A DNA stretch of 64,000 nucleotides from Protoeuglena noctilucae (Eukaryota): contig OY253675.1 in the NCBI GenBank assembly GCA_958009085.1, positions 558,001 to 622,000 of the forward strand, read 5' to 3'. Under the pieces are notes generated by a model. The model had not been told where the DNA came from. It made no database searches and saw only the letters and a program-made list of their open reading frames with translations. The position numbers and the translations under genes were made by a program. Numbering within the stretch: position 1 is the first letter of the stretch; each line of letters opens with the position of its first letter. Positions 1 through 12,527 of the stretch are shown here, in pieces.

Positions 1-219
1 CGGTCCCCGCATGCGGTGGATCGTGCGCGCTGTGCGCGCAGGCGTCGCACAGTTTACCGTGCACTCCAGCTGCTCTGTCTGCTGCCCAAGAGCTCGTCGG
101 TGCGTCAATGCCATCTTAATGCGCTGAATTTTAACGGATGTGATTCGCGCACGGACAGGGGATCGTGGCTTTGGCCGAGCGCGACGAACAAGCGGATGTC
201 CCACCGGCGGCGACCGCAG

Positions 220-1042
220 AGACGATGGAGCAGCACGGGAGGCTGGATTTCGAGGCTGAGATTCCCGACAAACGATTTGAGTTGGACGAAATGTGGACAC
301 GAGGGCCAGGGCGCATGCTGGGCGTGCTAGTCTGCCGGTGACTGCTGCGTGCAGTGAAGGAGCCAGCACAGTTGCAGCAATGGTGTATGCGATGCCGTTT
401 CTCCGCCGCTGCAGGGACGGCGGCGGGCAGGTGCAGGTGCTGCGGGCCTTTTCGGGGCAGATGGCCAACTCTTGGCACGTGCCCGGTTGGTGTGGCCCCG
501 TCTGCACCGTCACGCACGAGCACCCGACGTACCGTGAGAGCCGGCGGCGCGTGGAGGTCCTCTCAGCGCGCATCGCGGATGCCAGGGCGGCAGGGGATGG
601 GCCCTCGGTAACAACGCTACGCCAACAGAGGCGTGCCGAGTCCCACGCGCTGCTCGACACCATCCAAGCGAGCTACCTCACCCGTTCGGTGGCTGGCGAC
701 CCCCTGTGCCTCGCGGACGTCTACGAGCGCATCACGGAGCGCAGCGGGGGGTCCTATCGAGGCCAAGGTAGGTTCCCTGCGGGCACAGGGGACTGTTGCG
801 CCCCCAAGCTGCTCCACGCCGCAGCGGCACGCGGGTGGCGACCCGAGGCGCTTGTCGAGTTCTGGTACGGGTCGGCGCCCCGGGAGAACACCCCTGCCGC
901 TGCGGGGAGGGCGGCGAGGGGCGGTGCGGCCGGTGGGGCTGGTGGGGCCGTCGCGCCCTCTCGCGTCCACGGCGTGGTGTATGGTCCCTGCGATCGGTGC
1001 CAGGCGATCTTGGGCACGATGCTACACGGGATGACGCCCTGA
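220..1042 (+). CDS. Protein matching only the N-terminal extension domain of long bacterial RluA-family pseudouridine synthases; 5' end probably incomplete
   Basis: Exon ~220-337 (…WTRGPGRMLGVLVCR), GT-AG intron 338-414, exon 415-1042 (LRAFSGQ…GTGDCCAPKLLHAA…EFWYG…YGPCDRCQAILGTMLHG, stop). These match the GKMFGVLV, AFSG, GECAAPKLL, AEFWWG and ACxxKC motifs of that extension. TGTAA follows at 1058. Confidence 0.65.
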
Positions 1043-1057
1043 GCGATCTCCTCGGAT

Positions 1058-1062
1058 TGTAA
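1058..1062 (+). promoter_or_regulatory. Putative chlorophyte-type polyadenylation signal TGTAA
   Basis: TGTAA 16 nt after the stop at 1042. UGUAA is the known poly(A) signal in chlorophytes. Confidence 0.45.
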
Positions 1063-1614
1063 GGATGGTTGCGGTGTGGGCATGGTGTGTTTGCCCAGGT
1101 GCATGGACTGCGTGTGCATGCGTGCATGTGTTGCTTGTGGTGTCCCTGTGTACTAGCCCGGCTTTGAAAGACAGCCGACGACTTCGTGCCAGGCCACACT
1201 GCCATCGGGGCAAGGCGTGTTGCACAGCTAGCGCAGAGAGCGTTTCAATCTCGTGCACATGCTCCGGCTTGCTGTGGAAAGTCTGCCAAGGGTGACGCTC
1301 ACACCCTACGCGGCTGGCACAGAGCCTCCTAGGAAGGGTGAGTGGGAACCAACTAGCATCAAACACCCGACCGAGACACTGGCCTGGCTCTGCTGGGATG
1401 CAGTGCAGCGCAGCGCTGTGGCTGTGGTGGCATGCGCCGTGACGGCGACGGCCTCGACAGAAGCAAGCAAACAAACAAGGGGCGGGCAGAGCAGCGAGGA
1501 GCGTGGCTGGCGCGGGAGGCAGCAGGCAGAGAAGCCGAGCGCTGCAAGCCGGACCACGCTGCGTGCGTGGCGCCCAGCGGCGCGTGCGGGTCCTCTCTGA
1601 GCTGATATCGTGCT

Positions 1615-4600
1615 CTAATCCGACTGGGCCTCCGGCGCTGGGCCGTGCCGCGCCCTGCGTGCGCGACTCCCCCTCTCCGCCCCGCCCGACTCCCTCCCCG
1701 CTCCCCGGGGACGCTTGGCGGCTCGCGACTCGGGTGCAGCGGCAGCCGCGCTCTTCTTGTTGTCCTTACTGGCGCCTCCCTTGCTCCCCGCTTCCTTGCT
1801 CGCCGCCTCCCTCTTCAACGCCTGCGCACGGAGGGCACGAGCGGGCACGTCGCTGCAGCCGCTCCGGCACATCCCAGCCCGCCCACGCTCCCTCGCTTCC
1901 CGGGCCTTACCCGCAACTTCTCCCTGAACTCCTGATGCTTCTTCAGCTTCTCCCCCTGCTCGTTGATCTTGTGCCGCTGCAGCGCTAACTGCTGCTCCAT
2001 GTTCATCAACCTCTCCGCGCTCTTGTGGCTCTCCTCCCGTGCTCTCTCCAGCTTTGCCTGCAGCTCCTGCACGCGCGCCTCGGCCTCTTCCGCGCGCCTC
2101 TCCGCGCCGCTGTCACGCTCCAACTGCCCCGACCGCTCCTGCGCCCTCCTCTGCGCCGCCTCTCTGAGGCTGTCGTGCGCCTGCGCCAGCTCCCGCTGCA
2201 GGTCGCCCCGCTGCCGCCGCATCTGGTCCCACTCCCGCCGCTTCAGCTCGCACTCCCTCCGCGCTTCGTCCCGCTCCCTCCTCGCCTCGTCCCGCTCCTC
2301 CCGCGCCCTGCTGGCCTCGCCCTTTGCCTCCCGGAGCAGCTTCTCTAAATGCTCCTTCAGCATCTGCAGCTTCGTGCTCTCCTGGAAACTGGAGCGGTGT
2401 TTCTGGGAGAAGATGGGCACACGACGAGGCGTGAGGCGTTTGGTAGTACTAAGAGTGACATGAGAGGGGGCTGCCAGGGCATGGGAGAGCGGGGCTGTCT
2501 GATACAAGAGAGGCATGAGAGGGGGCTGTTAAGACATGGGAAGCGGGGACAGTGACAAATGCCGTCGGGCAGCAGGGCAGCAGCAGCACTTGGCGTGTTG
2601 GTAACCAATCAGTGGCCATTCGTCAGCGAACATCATGTCAACCCGCTCGCCTGAATCCTCTCCTCCGCCTCTCTCAGCTTTGCGTCCGCCAATTCGCGCT
2701 TGGCACTCTCTGCCTCGAGCCTGGCCCTCAGCACTGCGGCTTTCTTCTGCCAGAGCGGAAGCGACGGGGATTACCTCACTCGTCTCGGATAGATAGATCC
2801 CAATCAGATAGATCCAGGTCAGTCCTCAAACACAACCACTATCACGGTCCCTAACCGTGAGTTTGTCACGTATGCGTCACGACTGCACCCCTTGCCTCGA
2901 CGCAGCAACGCCCCCCTCACCTGAAGGTCCTCCTTTTCCTTCACCACGTGCGTAATCGTCGCCATGGCGCCCTCGACTTCCTCCCTGCATCTCTCGTTCA
3001 GGCTCTTGCACTCCTGCAGCTCCCTCTCAAGCCCCCCCGCCCGCTGCACCTGCACCTGCACCTCCCTGTGAAGCCCCGCCGCCCGCTCCCGCTGCACCTC
3101 CACCTCCCTGTGAAGCCCCGCCGCCTGCTCCCGGTGCAGCTGAACCTCCCTCTCCAGCGCCGTCGCCTGCTCCCTCTGCATCTCAAGCTGCATCGCCGTC
3201 TCCTCCACCCTCATCACCATCTCGCCCACCATCGCGTCCGCCTCCTCCTTCGGCACGTACCCAGTCACCTGCAATCGGACAGAGGATGAGGAGTGGATGA
3301 GGAATGGATGAGGAGGTCCGCGGCCGCTCCCATCGTACTGACCACTGCGACAGTCACACCAGCCACCGGTGTCCATCGGCAGCGCTTGGCCCTGCCAGCG
3401 CGCAACTCACCGCGGGGAACATCACCGGCGGCCCCGACATCACGCCGGGCAGCGCGGGCGGGAGCTTCGGGACGGCCGGCCCCGGCCCCAAGAGCGCCGC
3501 CCGCAGCATGCTGATGGCGGCATCAGAGAGGCCCACGTTGGTGGCAGCCGGCGAATTGAGGAACCCGCAGTTCCTCGACGCAGATGCGACGAAGAGGAAC
3601 GCCTCGGCGACGCGAGGCGACATTTGAATGGGGCCCCCGATCGCCTGGGTGCGCAGACAGCGGGTCGCGTTCACGGTGCACGGAACGTGCTGCCGGCCGT
3701 CGCGCCATCGTGCCGGCGACCCATCCGTGCTCCCTCACCAGGCATTTGCGCAGCACGACGTCGTCTCCGTGATTGGGCACTCGCTTGCTTTGGGAGTTGT
3801 CCAGTGAGCAGGTCAGGCTGTAGATGACCAGCGCGTGCTCCACCTGTGCCGCGAAAATCTCCATGGCCTCCGCAGACCCCGGCTTCACGCCCCCGCACAG
3901 TCCCATGTCACACAGCGTCTCGACAGGTGCCAGGACGAAGCTGCTCTGCAGGTGGCGGGGCAGAGGGAAGGGGGTCCACACTCTCACGACGAGGGCCGTG
4001 CGTGGTGATGGTGACGTGGGTGCACGTTGCGCATTCCTCAGCCATCACCCGCGCCCGCTCACCTTCACGCAGAACACCGCGTGCTTCCACGCTTGGTCGT
4101 GGTTGTAAAGCCCCCTCTTCGACCTGAGTGCCTCCGCCAGCATGCGGATGTGATCCCGGTAGCGGTCCGGCAGGCGAGCGACCTTCTCCCGCCACTTATG
4201 GAGAATCTTTTTTGCGACATTGGCATCGTCCATCGAGTTAGTCCTCCCCTGCGGAACCAAGCGCCGGTCAGCTCAGGGTTTGGCAGCGCGTTGGGGTCAT
4301 GCGCTCGCATGCCCAGGGCAAGCGGCAGCCAGCCGAGCGAGAGAGGACGCAGAGACACAACTGCTGAGCCCATGCACCCTTGCCTGCTTCCTCCCCCTTT
4401 GCCAAGTGCCCAGAGCCGAGGACTTAAGGTAGTTGTTGTGCAAATGTATGACGATCTTCCGAATGTCGTCCAGGGCGTCGAGTGCCCGCCGCGCCTCTCC
4501 ATCGGTCATGTCCGCCGACAGCTTCACGCCAGCGCAGGCCAGCCGATCCGAGAGGACCTTAGCCTGCACGATCGCCGGCAGGTGCTTCCATTCGGCCGGG

Positions 4601-4707
4601 TCGGGATGGCCGCTTCGATCTGTCCAGCCCTCCAGAGTGGACCATGTCGTGGGCAGGAGGGCCGGGGGCCCGTCCGGCCAAAAGAGCTCAGCGTCGATTG
4701 TCGTCAT
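1615..4707 (-). CDS. Uncharacterised multi-exon protein with long C-terminal coiled coil; upstream exons may extend to ~5330
   Basis: Chain of coding-like exons: 4707-4430 (MTTIDAELFWPDG…), 4245-4063, ~3950-3410, 3268-2921 (VTGYVPKEEADAM…), ~2750-2651, ~2390-1911 (E/R/Q-rich heptads) and a final exon ending at 1615. Splice signals flank them. Confidence 0.5.
3020..3190 (-). repeat. Coding tandem repeat of ~42 bp (14 aa, LHREVEVQRERAAG-like), 3-4 copies
   Basis: Translation ALEREVQLHREQAAG-LHREVEVQRERAAG-LHREVQVQVQRAGG-LERELQ. On the + strand 'cacctccctgtgaagccccgccgcc' recurs at 42-nt spacing. Confidence 0.75.
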
Positions 4708-5723
4708 GCCCTCCAGCCCGGCGCACGGTGCGCCGCTCGTCCCCGGCCGCCGAAGGGCGGGAAGCGCAGGTTAGAAGTCTGCGGGGCCGGAGGGTCGTGG
4801 GTTGCGTCGATGCCGCGAACCTTGGAGGGTTTCTGCGCCCGCAAGGAGCTCCTTCGCGGCAGACGCGCCGGCCAGGAGAGCTCGAAGTCCGCAAAGTCCG
4901 TCTCACCTGCAACTGCAACGCTGCAGCGCTGCCGGCTCAACGCAGCGGCTATGCTGTGGCAGGCCTTCCAGGAATGCGAATCGGGAGCAGTGGTGAGCCA
5001 GGTCGCGGTCGGCAGGCGCCCGGAGGCGCGGTAGGCGCAGTGGGCAGCGGTGCCGAGGGGCGAGCTTGCTATGCCAGTGCGGCTCGGAATCGGAATAGGA
5101 CAGGGCTTTCTCCCACCTAGTCTCTCGTTCTGTCTCTCTGCGGCGGTCCCCGGCGGAGTGACGGGAGTTCACGGTCACTTCACGGCTTCACAGGGAGGGT
5201 TCCTGCGTCAGAAAACGCCAGGCCTGGCTTGCGGAGAATTGGGAGGCTTCCATGCAGCACCGATGGGCTGGAAAGCAACGCCAGCAGAACAGCGCAGTCC
5301 TGCGGCCGATGCACATCAGCTGGAAAGGGCGTGAGTCTGCGACGTTGGGACGGGCGAACAGCGCACCATGCCATCCAGCCATGCAAGCACGCTGATTGGA
5401 GTGACACGCAGTACATCATAACGGCCCTCATGAGGCCAACAGCTCGCGCAGCTCTACCTTGAAGATTGAAAGGCTTGCGAACTGAACACAGCGATGGTTG
5501 AAATCTGCGATGTCATTTCATATCATCAAAATAGCGTCATGGAAAGGCGAAAACCCTTGAGAAGCATCCTCCGGCGTCGAACTGGCATCGGGCGACCATT
5601 CGCCTTCCACGGCGAATTCTGCCGTCGCTCGTGCCGTATCGAAGCTTATTCTGCAAGCCAGCGCTCATAACTGGCGTTCATCAACAGCCTCGGCGCCTCT
5701 CGAGTTTCAAAGAGCGGGGAATC

Positions 5724-6703
5724 ATGCAGGTTTTCCTCCGGACACTGGAGGGTGACAGCCGCGCCCTGCGCGTGGACGAGTCGCTAAGCGTGGCAGGGCT
5801 CAAGCTCCTAATCGAGGTGCGCCAAACTCTTGCCGAGAGTGGGTGTAGTGGACAAGGCGCGCGTCTGGGAGAGGCGCACACGGCCCGCACTGTTTGGGAA
5901 GGACACACGCGTCCTTCCGGCGCCCATCGCTCGCCGGGAAGCTCACATCGCTTGTGGTGCAACAGAAGCGTATCAATATGACGCCCGCGAGTCCTCTGCT
6001 CCCTCTGCAGGATCTCCTGCGCATCCCGGCCCCGCTGCAGCGCCTCGGGTTCCAGAGTCGCGAGCTCCCGGACGACCGCACGCTGGCCGACTGCGGCCTT
6101 GAAAGGGACTCGACAATCGCCCTCGCTCTGCGCTCGCGCGGGGGCAAGCCAGTGGTGCGGGCCGGCAGGGAGCAACAGGTCCCACCTTGCGTTGCCCACT
6201 CCGTCTCGTCGCTGAACAGACGAGGTCTAAAACCTGGGACTCCATGCCAACGCAAGAACACCTCCTTCGCTACCCGCAGAAGGTGCTGATGATGACGGAC
6301 CACCTCCCGTGCGGCAAGGAGGTGGTGATTGACGCAGAGGAGGACACCGACAAGCACACGCTCATGATGCGCCTGCAGGAGGCCACGGGCGTCCCCATCG
6401 AGCACCAGGTCCTCCGCCTCGGGTGAGCAAAGTCTACCGGACCGTCCCTGCAGTCCTCGCACCCGCGCCCGCCCTCGTGCGGCAGCTTTGCTCAGCCCCG
6501 CTGGACTCAGCGCCCTTGGAGCCCAGTTGGGTTACCCCTGGCTTGAAGTCTACATACGAACTGAGCCGCCGTGCTGCCGCAGGGGCCTCAACCAGCTCAT
6601 GCTCGGCGACCGCCGCACGAACGTCAAGTTCAACATCTCGTGCGGCGTCTCGAGCAACATCCAGTTCGCCGTTAACGAGGGGCCCAAGGGCGGCAGGCGG
6701 TGA
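5724..6703 (+). CDS. Tandem ubiquitin-like domain protein
   Basis: Four exons: MQVFLRTLEGDSRALRVDESLSVAGLKLLIE | DLLRIPAPLQRLGFQSRELPDDRTLADCGLERDSTIALALRSRGGKPV | KVLMMTDHLPCGKEV…LQEATGVPIEHQVLRL | GLNQLMLG…GGRR*. Introns about 5817-6010, 6155-6279 and 6423-6582. Confidence 0.8.
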
Positions 6704-6793
6704 CGCAGCGATGCACTCGTGCTTTACGCATCGCCAAAAAGCGGCGCCAGAATGTCAAACCGCTCGCATCGGTGCCCCTCGCGCCCTCGCGAG

Positions 6794-8364
6794 TTAAGCG
6801 CTAGCATTGAAACCCATGCGTGCCAAGGCCGTGCGCACGGCGGCCCCCTCCGCCGTCGCTTTGGGGTACGTCGTGCAGAGAGCCTGCGCAAAGAGCCAGA
6901 GGCATGGTGCGTGGCCACAGGACACGCCGAGAACATAGGGGCCATAGGGTGTGGGTCCACGTAGGCCCTCCTCGCACCTGGCACGCCAGTGACGACAGCT
7001 CCTTCTGCGCTGCGCTGAGCGCCTGCTCGTCCGAGAGCCGCGAGAGCGACGCAACGAGCCCAAACAACGCCCGCGGGAGCCGGCCCTGCGTCAGCTGCAC
7101 CGTCCTGCAGGCACGCCTCGCCAAGAGATATCTTGCTTTGCCGTGCGTGCGGCGCCGTGAGAGGTCCTGTCAGAGAGAGGTGCTGTCAGGTACGGAGACA
7201 GCCAGCACCAGCGCCCACCTTGCAAAGTACTTGGCAGCCACAGCAAAGGCCTCCGTGGTCCCGCACGTGTAATTGACCTCGGCGTACCGCAGCAGGGCGC
7301 GAGGGTTGCCGGGCTGGTGCAGCAGCACCTCCTCCAAGCAGTACAACGCCTGCGTGTACCTCTGCTCGTTGATGTAGATGCCCGCGAGGGCGTTCCAGGC
7401 ATCTGCGGGCAAGAGGCGCGGCTGAGTTGAAACCCACTCTTGCCATGCTCGCCGCGGGCACAAACCGCACACTGCGGCTTTGATGCTCTGAAACGTGCCG
7501 GACATGACCCGGCGCGATTGTAAAAACCCACCGGCGTCGGCAGGGAAGGACTCCAAATGCTGCACGAGCGCTGAGGCCGCTTCGGCGCCAGAGGTGGCGC
7601 GAGAGAGGTCCTTCCCCGCTTGGCGCTGTAGCAGGGCCAGGCTGCGGGCGGGGGACACTTCACTGATGCAGAGCGATGCAGCACATCACCACCGCTCGGC
7701 CTGCAAATACCCGCGGTCCGCGCAACCCGCAGCTCCCGCCGTAGCGCGGGGCTGTATCTCTGACCGCAGTGAGAGTGCCTCGCCTGCTGGGGAACTTCTC
7801 GACCACCGCGGTGTACGCAGCGTCTGCCTGCTGTGCCTCGCCCAGCTCGATCCACATCGCCCGGGCGCGCGTGAGGCGCGCCCCATCTGGGAGCCCGCGC
7901 ATCATCGCCTCAATGAGGGACCCCGCGACGTCCACCTGGCCCACGTCCAGGCACGCTGCGACCGGAGTGCGTGACGACGCTCGGTGAAAGAAGCCGCAAG
8001 CCTCCCGAGTCGGACGCGGCAGGCGCACGAGCTCACCGACAGCCGTCTGCTCGTGCACGAGCCACAGTTCGTCCTCAGAGAGCTTCTTGGCATGGTTCTG
8101 AGGGCGCAGGGCCGCGCGTTCGCGTGGAGATCCCAGCTGCAGTGCGAGCCCTGAGAAGGTGCGGAGCGCATGCCAACGCTAGCGCCCGCTCCGCGCGCCA
8201 CGCCCCACCTCGAGGACCCAACGTCCCACCCTCGCGACCTCCACGTGGAAACGGAGCCTCTCCTCGCGGCACATACTGCGAAGCAGACATGACGTAGAAA
8301 AGAGTCTCGCTGACCCCCCTAGGCGCTTCCAAACAGCTTCAAAGGTGGTCGTCTCGTCAATCAT
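6794..8364 (-). CDS. EMC2: ER membrane protein complex subunit 2 (TPR protein)
   Basis: Exons encode LWLVHEQTAV|AACLDVG…, LVQHLESFPADA|DAWNALAGIYINEQRYTQALYCLEEVLLHQPGNPRALLRYAEVNYT…AKYFA and QLTQGRLPRALFG, which fit the EMC2/TTC35 pattern. Start codon tentative. Confidence 0.8.
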
Positions 8365-10246
8365 GCACCGATAAGACTGTCAGAGCCAGCTGGACGGATG
8401 GGAGCGAGGATCGGGCGCCAACAGCTCATGGGAACGCGCGCCGCGTTTGGAGGGGCATCTCGCGACCGCCCCGGGGCCGATAGCCCCCTCACCGTAGCAG
8501 ATGTCGTGCATCTGGAAGTCCAAACGTCCCGGGAAGGGGCACCTTCCTTGCATCGCCAAGAGCGCGCCGGAAGTCCGCCCAGGAAGGGGCGTCCGCCATG
8601 GTCAGCCCCTTTGCTGCGCGCGGAGACGACCACTCGCTAGCAGGCGATGGAGACACGACAGAGTGGAAAACAAGAGATACGTGAGGGACTTTGCCGCGAA
8701 AAGCGTGCGAAGGCTGCTGTACACGTCGTTGAGAACTAGTGACGGGAGGGGCAAGGGCTATAAATCGCTTTCAGCGATGCGGTGACGTGTTTGATTGCCA
8801 AGCAGAAGACGAGCCACTGATGAGACATCTGCCCAGACGCCCTGCAAGTCCAGCAAATGATACTGGCACTTGCCAGCACGCCGATTCGTCCGCCATGTGC
8901 TGCAGTCGGCAAACTTTTGATAAGAGAACTTCAACCGCAAGCCGTGTCCGTCACCAGCAGGCTTAAAACTAGTGCAGGTAAAACGTGGATGTTGACAGGG
9001 CGGAGAGAACCGATGGCAGGAACCCGCCGTGCTGAGCTGCTGAGCGAGGACGGGTGGCCCACATGCCGCAGCGAGCTCGACTGGCGGAGTGGGGAACGTG
9101 ATGGGCGTGGTGTGCGGACGAGAGGTGCAGACAAAGGGCTCGGCAGTAGACAGCGGCATGCCAGCGTCGGCGCATGCGCATCCAGAACACTGCACGCCCT
9201 GCGCAGGGCGGCGGCGCCATCGCAAAGCCGAGCGCAACCCAGCGCCTGAGGTCCCTCCTGCTAAATGCAGGGCGGTGGGCTGGCCGGCGTACGTGCCAGC
9301 GGCAAGCCGGGGGTGGAGTGGCAGAGTCAGCGGCGAATGGGACGGGCAAGATGCGGGCGCCGGGCAGGAACCCTTCCCCGTGGGATGGAGACGTGACATC
9401 AGCGGAGAGGCGAAGCGAAAAGGGCATGGCTGCCATATATCGGACGGAAGAAGGCTCAACGCCTGTGCGTAGCGGACTGATTGGGCGAAAGCGTCCCCGA
9501 ACGGGGGGTTCGGGGCTGCATGGAACGGGGGGGCCTGGCCTCTCCTTGCACGACCCCCGTGCAAAAATGGGGGCGGTGCGGGACACGGGCTGGCGCTGGC
9601 GGGGATCGAAACGTGGGCGGAAGCGGAGGCGGAAGAAAAGGGTGGGCATAGCTGGCACCGCGCAAGGGCTCCGGCGCGACGTCAGGTGGACGGGGCTGGG
9701 ACAAGCGTGGGAACCCTGGGGCCCACGCAAGACTGCAAGGCCTCTGGTGCGATGAAATGTTGTGACAGGCTTAACCTGCACGTGACGCGTGGCGTGACGA
9801 AACAGCAAGAGGGTGTGGGCGTGTGTGGGGGGCTCTGAGCGTGCTGGCGTGGGTGCTGGCGTGCTCCGACGGTTCCGAGAGTCCGGGAGCAGTCAGAGAA
9901 CGAAGGGGGCGCTTGGTAATGGCAGCAACGCGACACGGCTCGCGAGAGCAGCGCCTCGTCCGCCCTGGTCGCGTGTGGGGCAGGTGTGACGCGGTGGGCG
10001 GATGGCCGGGCGTGGTCCGGAGCATCGGCGTGTCGCGTCACGAAGCATCGTGAACTGGCGGCGTGGCGCCGGAACGAGGGTTCCCAGGCAGTCACATGGC
10101 GCTGCCACCGGCACCGTCCGTGCCGTGGTCGCCGTCCCCTGCGGCAGCGAAGCAGAGGAGAAGCCGTCGGCAGCGAGGATGACCTGGCGCGAAAAGCATC
10201 AACCGATCGGTGGGGCAGTCCAGCCAACCGCTCGCCGGTTGATGTT

Positions 10247-11870
10247 TCACGCACCTGCCGCGCCCTGCAGCGCCGCACGCGCCGCCTGCACCTTCTGAGG
10301 ACAACGAAGGAAGTGGAAAAGGCGTGAGCGCCTGCTGCTCGGGCTGCAGCATGAAGCCCCGTCCCCTACATCGCGAGAGGAAACCCACGCTTGCCTGGTT
10401 GATAATAAACTGCGCCAGCTGCGCGCCATCCAAGGAACCCCGAATGCTGACCAGGCGGTTGGTAGTGCCCGGGATGAGCTCGTCGCGCCGAGAAATCTGC
10501 GGGGGCGAACCAACCGCGCTTTCGATGCTCGCGGACGCGTCGCCCGCCGGGCCAACTTGCCACTGCCACCTCTAGTGTTACTCAGGAACACAGCTGCCGT
10601 CGGGAGCCTCACCCGGATCGCCGTGCCCGTCCAATACTCCAGCTGCTGCAAGGCGCTCCCGCCGCGCCCCACAATGATGCCAACGAGGCTGTCGGGCACC
10701 GCGACCTCGATCGTCACTGCCGCCGGTGACGAGGCCCCGCCGGCCGCCGGCGGGTTCTGGCCGCGCGGGCCCGGGAGGCCCGTGAAGGGACCCGCTGGCG
10801 GCACTCCCGGCGCCACGGCGAGGCGCGTGTACTTGTCGTCCTGCGCCGGAAAGCACAGTTTGAGGTGCGCAAGCGCCAGTCAGGGTCAGACGGAGAAAGC
10901 TTAGGGGTGCGCTGCTACTGTACACGCCCGTGCTGTGCACTTGCGTTGGGTCTCACCTGCAGCATCTGCGAGAGGACCGCGGAGACGGCCCGGACGACAG
11001 AGTCCAGGGACGCGGCCGATATGCTGACGATGCGTTCCGGGTTGGCTGCGAGCAGGGCGTGTCCGGTACACGATGCAGAGGGGCTTCAACGCGTCGACAT
11101 GCATGGCGGTCGCCGGGCTGCGGGCTCCCGTTCGAGCCGATCTGCGCGCAGCTGAGCTTCTCACCTGCCCCAGGGACATGCTGCGCCTGGCTGGAGACCC
11201 GCATTGAGCACCCCGTCTGCTGCGACATGGCGCGGATCGACTCCCCTCCCCTCCCGATGATCCCCCCGACGACGGCGTTCGGGGCCAGGATCTTGATCTG
11301 GTGCACCTCGACGCCGTCCTCCTGCTCAAGCACGCCCTCGGAAGCGAGGCTGGGGGCGGGGCGGGGAGGATCAGTCAACCCGCGACGGCTGCCCTCGTCC
11401 ATCGGTGGAGGCGCGCGCGCGCCCGGGCCCCTCACCTCGCTTGCGACAGCTGCACGGCCCTGACTATCTGGTGGTGCTGCCCGGTGATCGTGAGGACGCG
11501 CTCGTACGTCCCGGGGTAGGTCTCGCTCGACCGGGACAGCTGCATCCGCGCCCCCGAGGCGTCCTGGATGTCCGAGATGCGGACGCCAGACTTGCCGATG
11601 ATAATCCCAGCTGCGCCATTACTGACGAGCAGCCGCAGCACGGCCTGCGGGCAAACGGCGGCATCGCTCGCACGACGCCGGGGATGGGCAGCCTGCCCCG
11701 GCCCCACCGCCCGGCGGCGGGGGCGTTGGGGGGCGCCGCGCTAACCCCGCAAGAAAGACGCGCGCGGAGGGCGAATGGGACAAGGGGGGCGACCGGGGGC
11801 GGCGAATTCCCGGCCGTCGGTTGGCTGGTCCGAGGCGGGGGCGCGCAAAACGGTCCCGAGTCAAAATCAT
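10247..11870 (-). CDS. Triple KH-domain RNA-binding protein (NOVA/BTR1-like)
   Basis: Three GxxG KH motifs (AGIIIGKSG, VGGIIGRGG, VGIIVGRGG) plus LSRSSETYPGTYERV and ISRRDELIPGTTNRLVSIRG segments typical of NOVA/BTR1. Start tentative. Confidence 0.82.
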
Positions 11871-12527
11871 AAACGAGAAAGCACGGCAGCAGCGCGGTGA
11901 CCACAGGGGGCGCCAGAGGCCACGGGGGTACGGGTGGGAGCGGCAGGCAGCCCCTGGGACAGGCGCGCGGCTCGAAAGCGGCTGCGACCCGATAGATTAT
12001 TGCAAGTAGGCGACCGTCACCACCCAGGGCCGGGCGGATCGCCGGCGATCCCGACGAGAGGGGGGGGCCCTCGCTGTGGGCGTCCAGCCAGACGGGCGGG
12101 CCACCCCAGCCAGCGATCGGTGGTTTAGGAGGAGAGATAAGGGCGAGGCAGGCGAGAGGGACGAGAATGCCCGGGAGTGGGCGAAGCGGGCTCACCGGCG
12201 CCTCGCCCATCGGGTGCACGTGCACGTCCAGTTACGCGCGGCGCTGGCGCTGACGTTCCTTGTCACGCCACGCGATGAGGAGGCTGCGTCACGCGGCCGG
12301 GTCGAGGAATACTTTTTCCCCGCCAGGCGACAGTTCGCTGGCACTGAAACGCCAGAAAAACCTTCGTGGGTTGATGCCTCCACTGATTTCTCTGTTCTCC
12401 CGCCAGTCCTGAACACAAGCTGTAGCGCGCGTTTCCATGGGCGCAATTGGACGCGCCGATAGAAGCGCACACGAGTAGATGGGCTCTCGCGGCAATGTAG
12501 CTCCGAATCGAGCCTAGCAGCCGCGGA

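Noticed and set aside
9745..9842. Possible C/D-box snoRNA (GCGATGA … CTGA)
   Set aside because: The C box is imperfect, and I see no clear terminal stem or recognisable rRNA guide.
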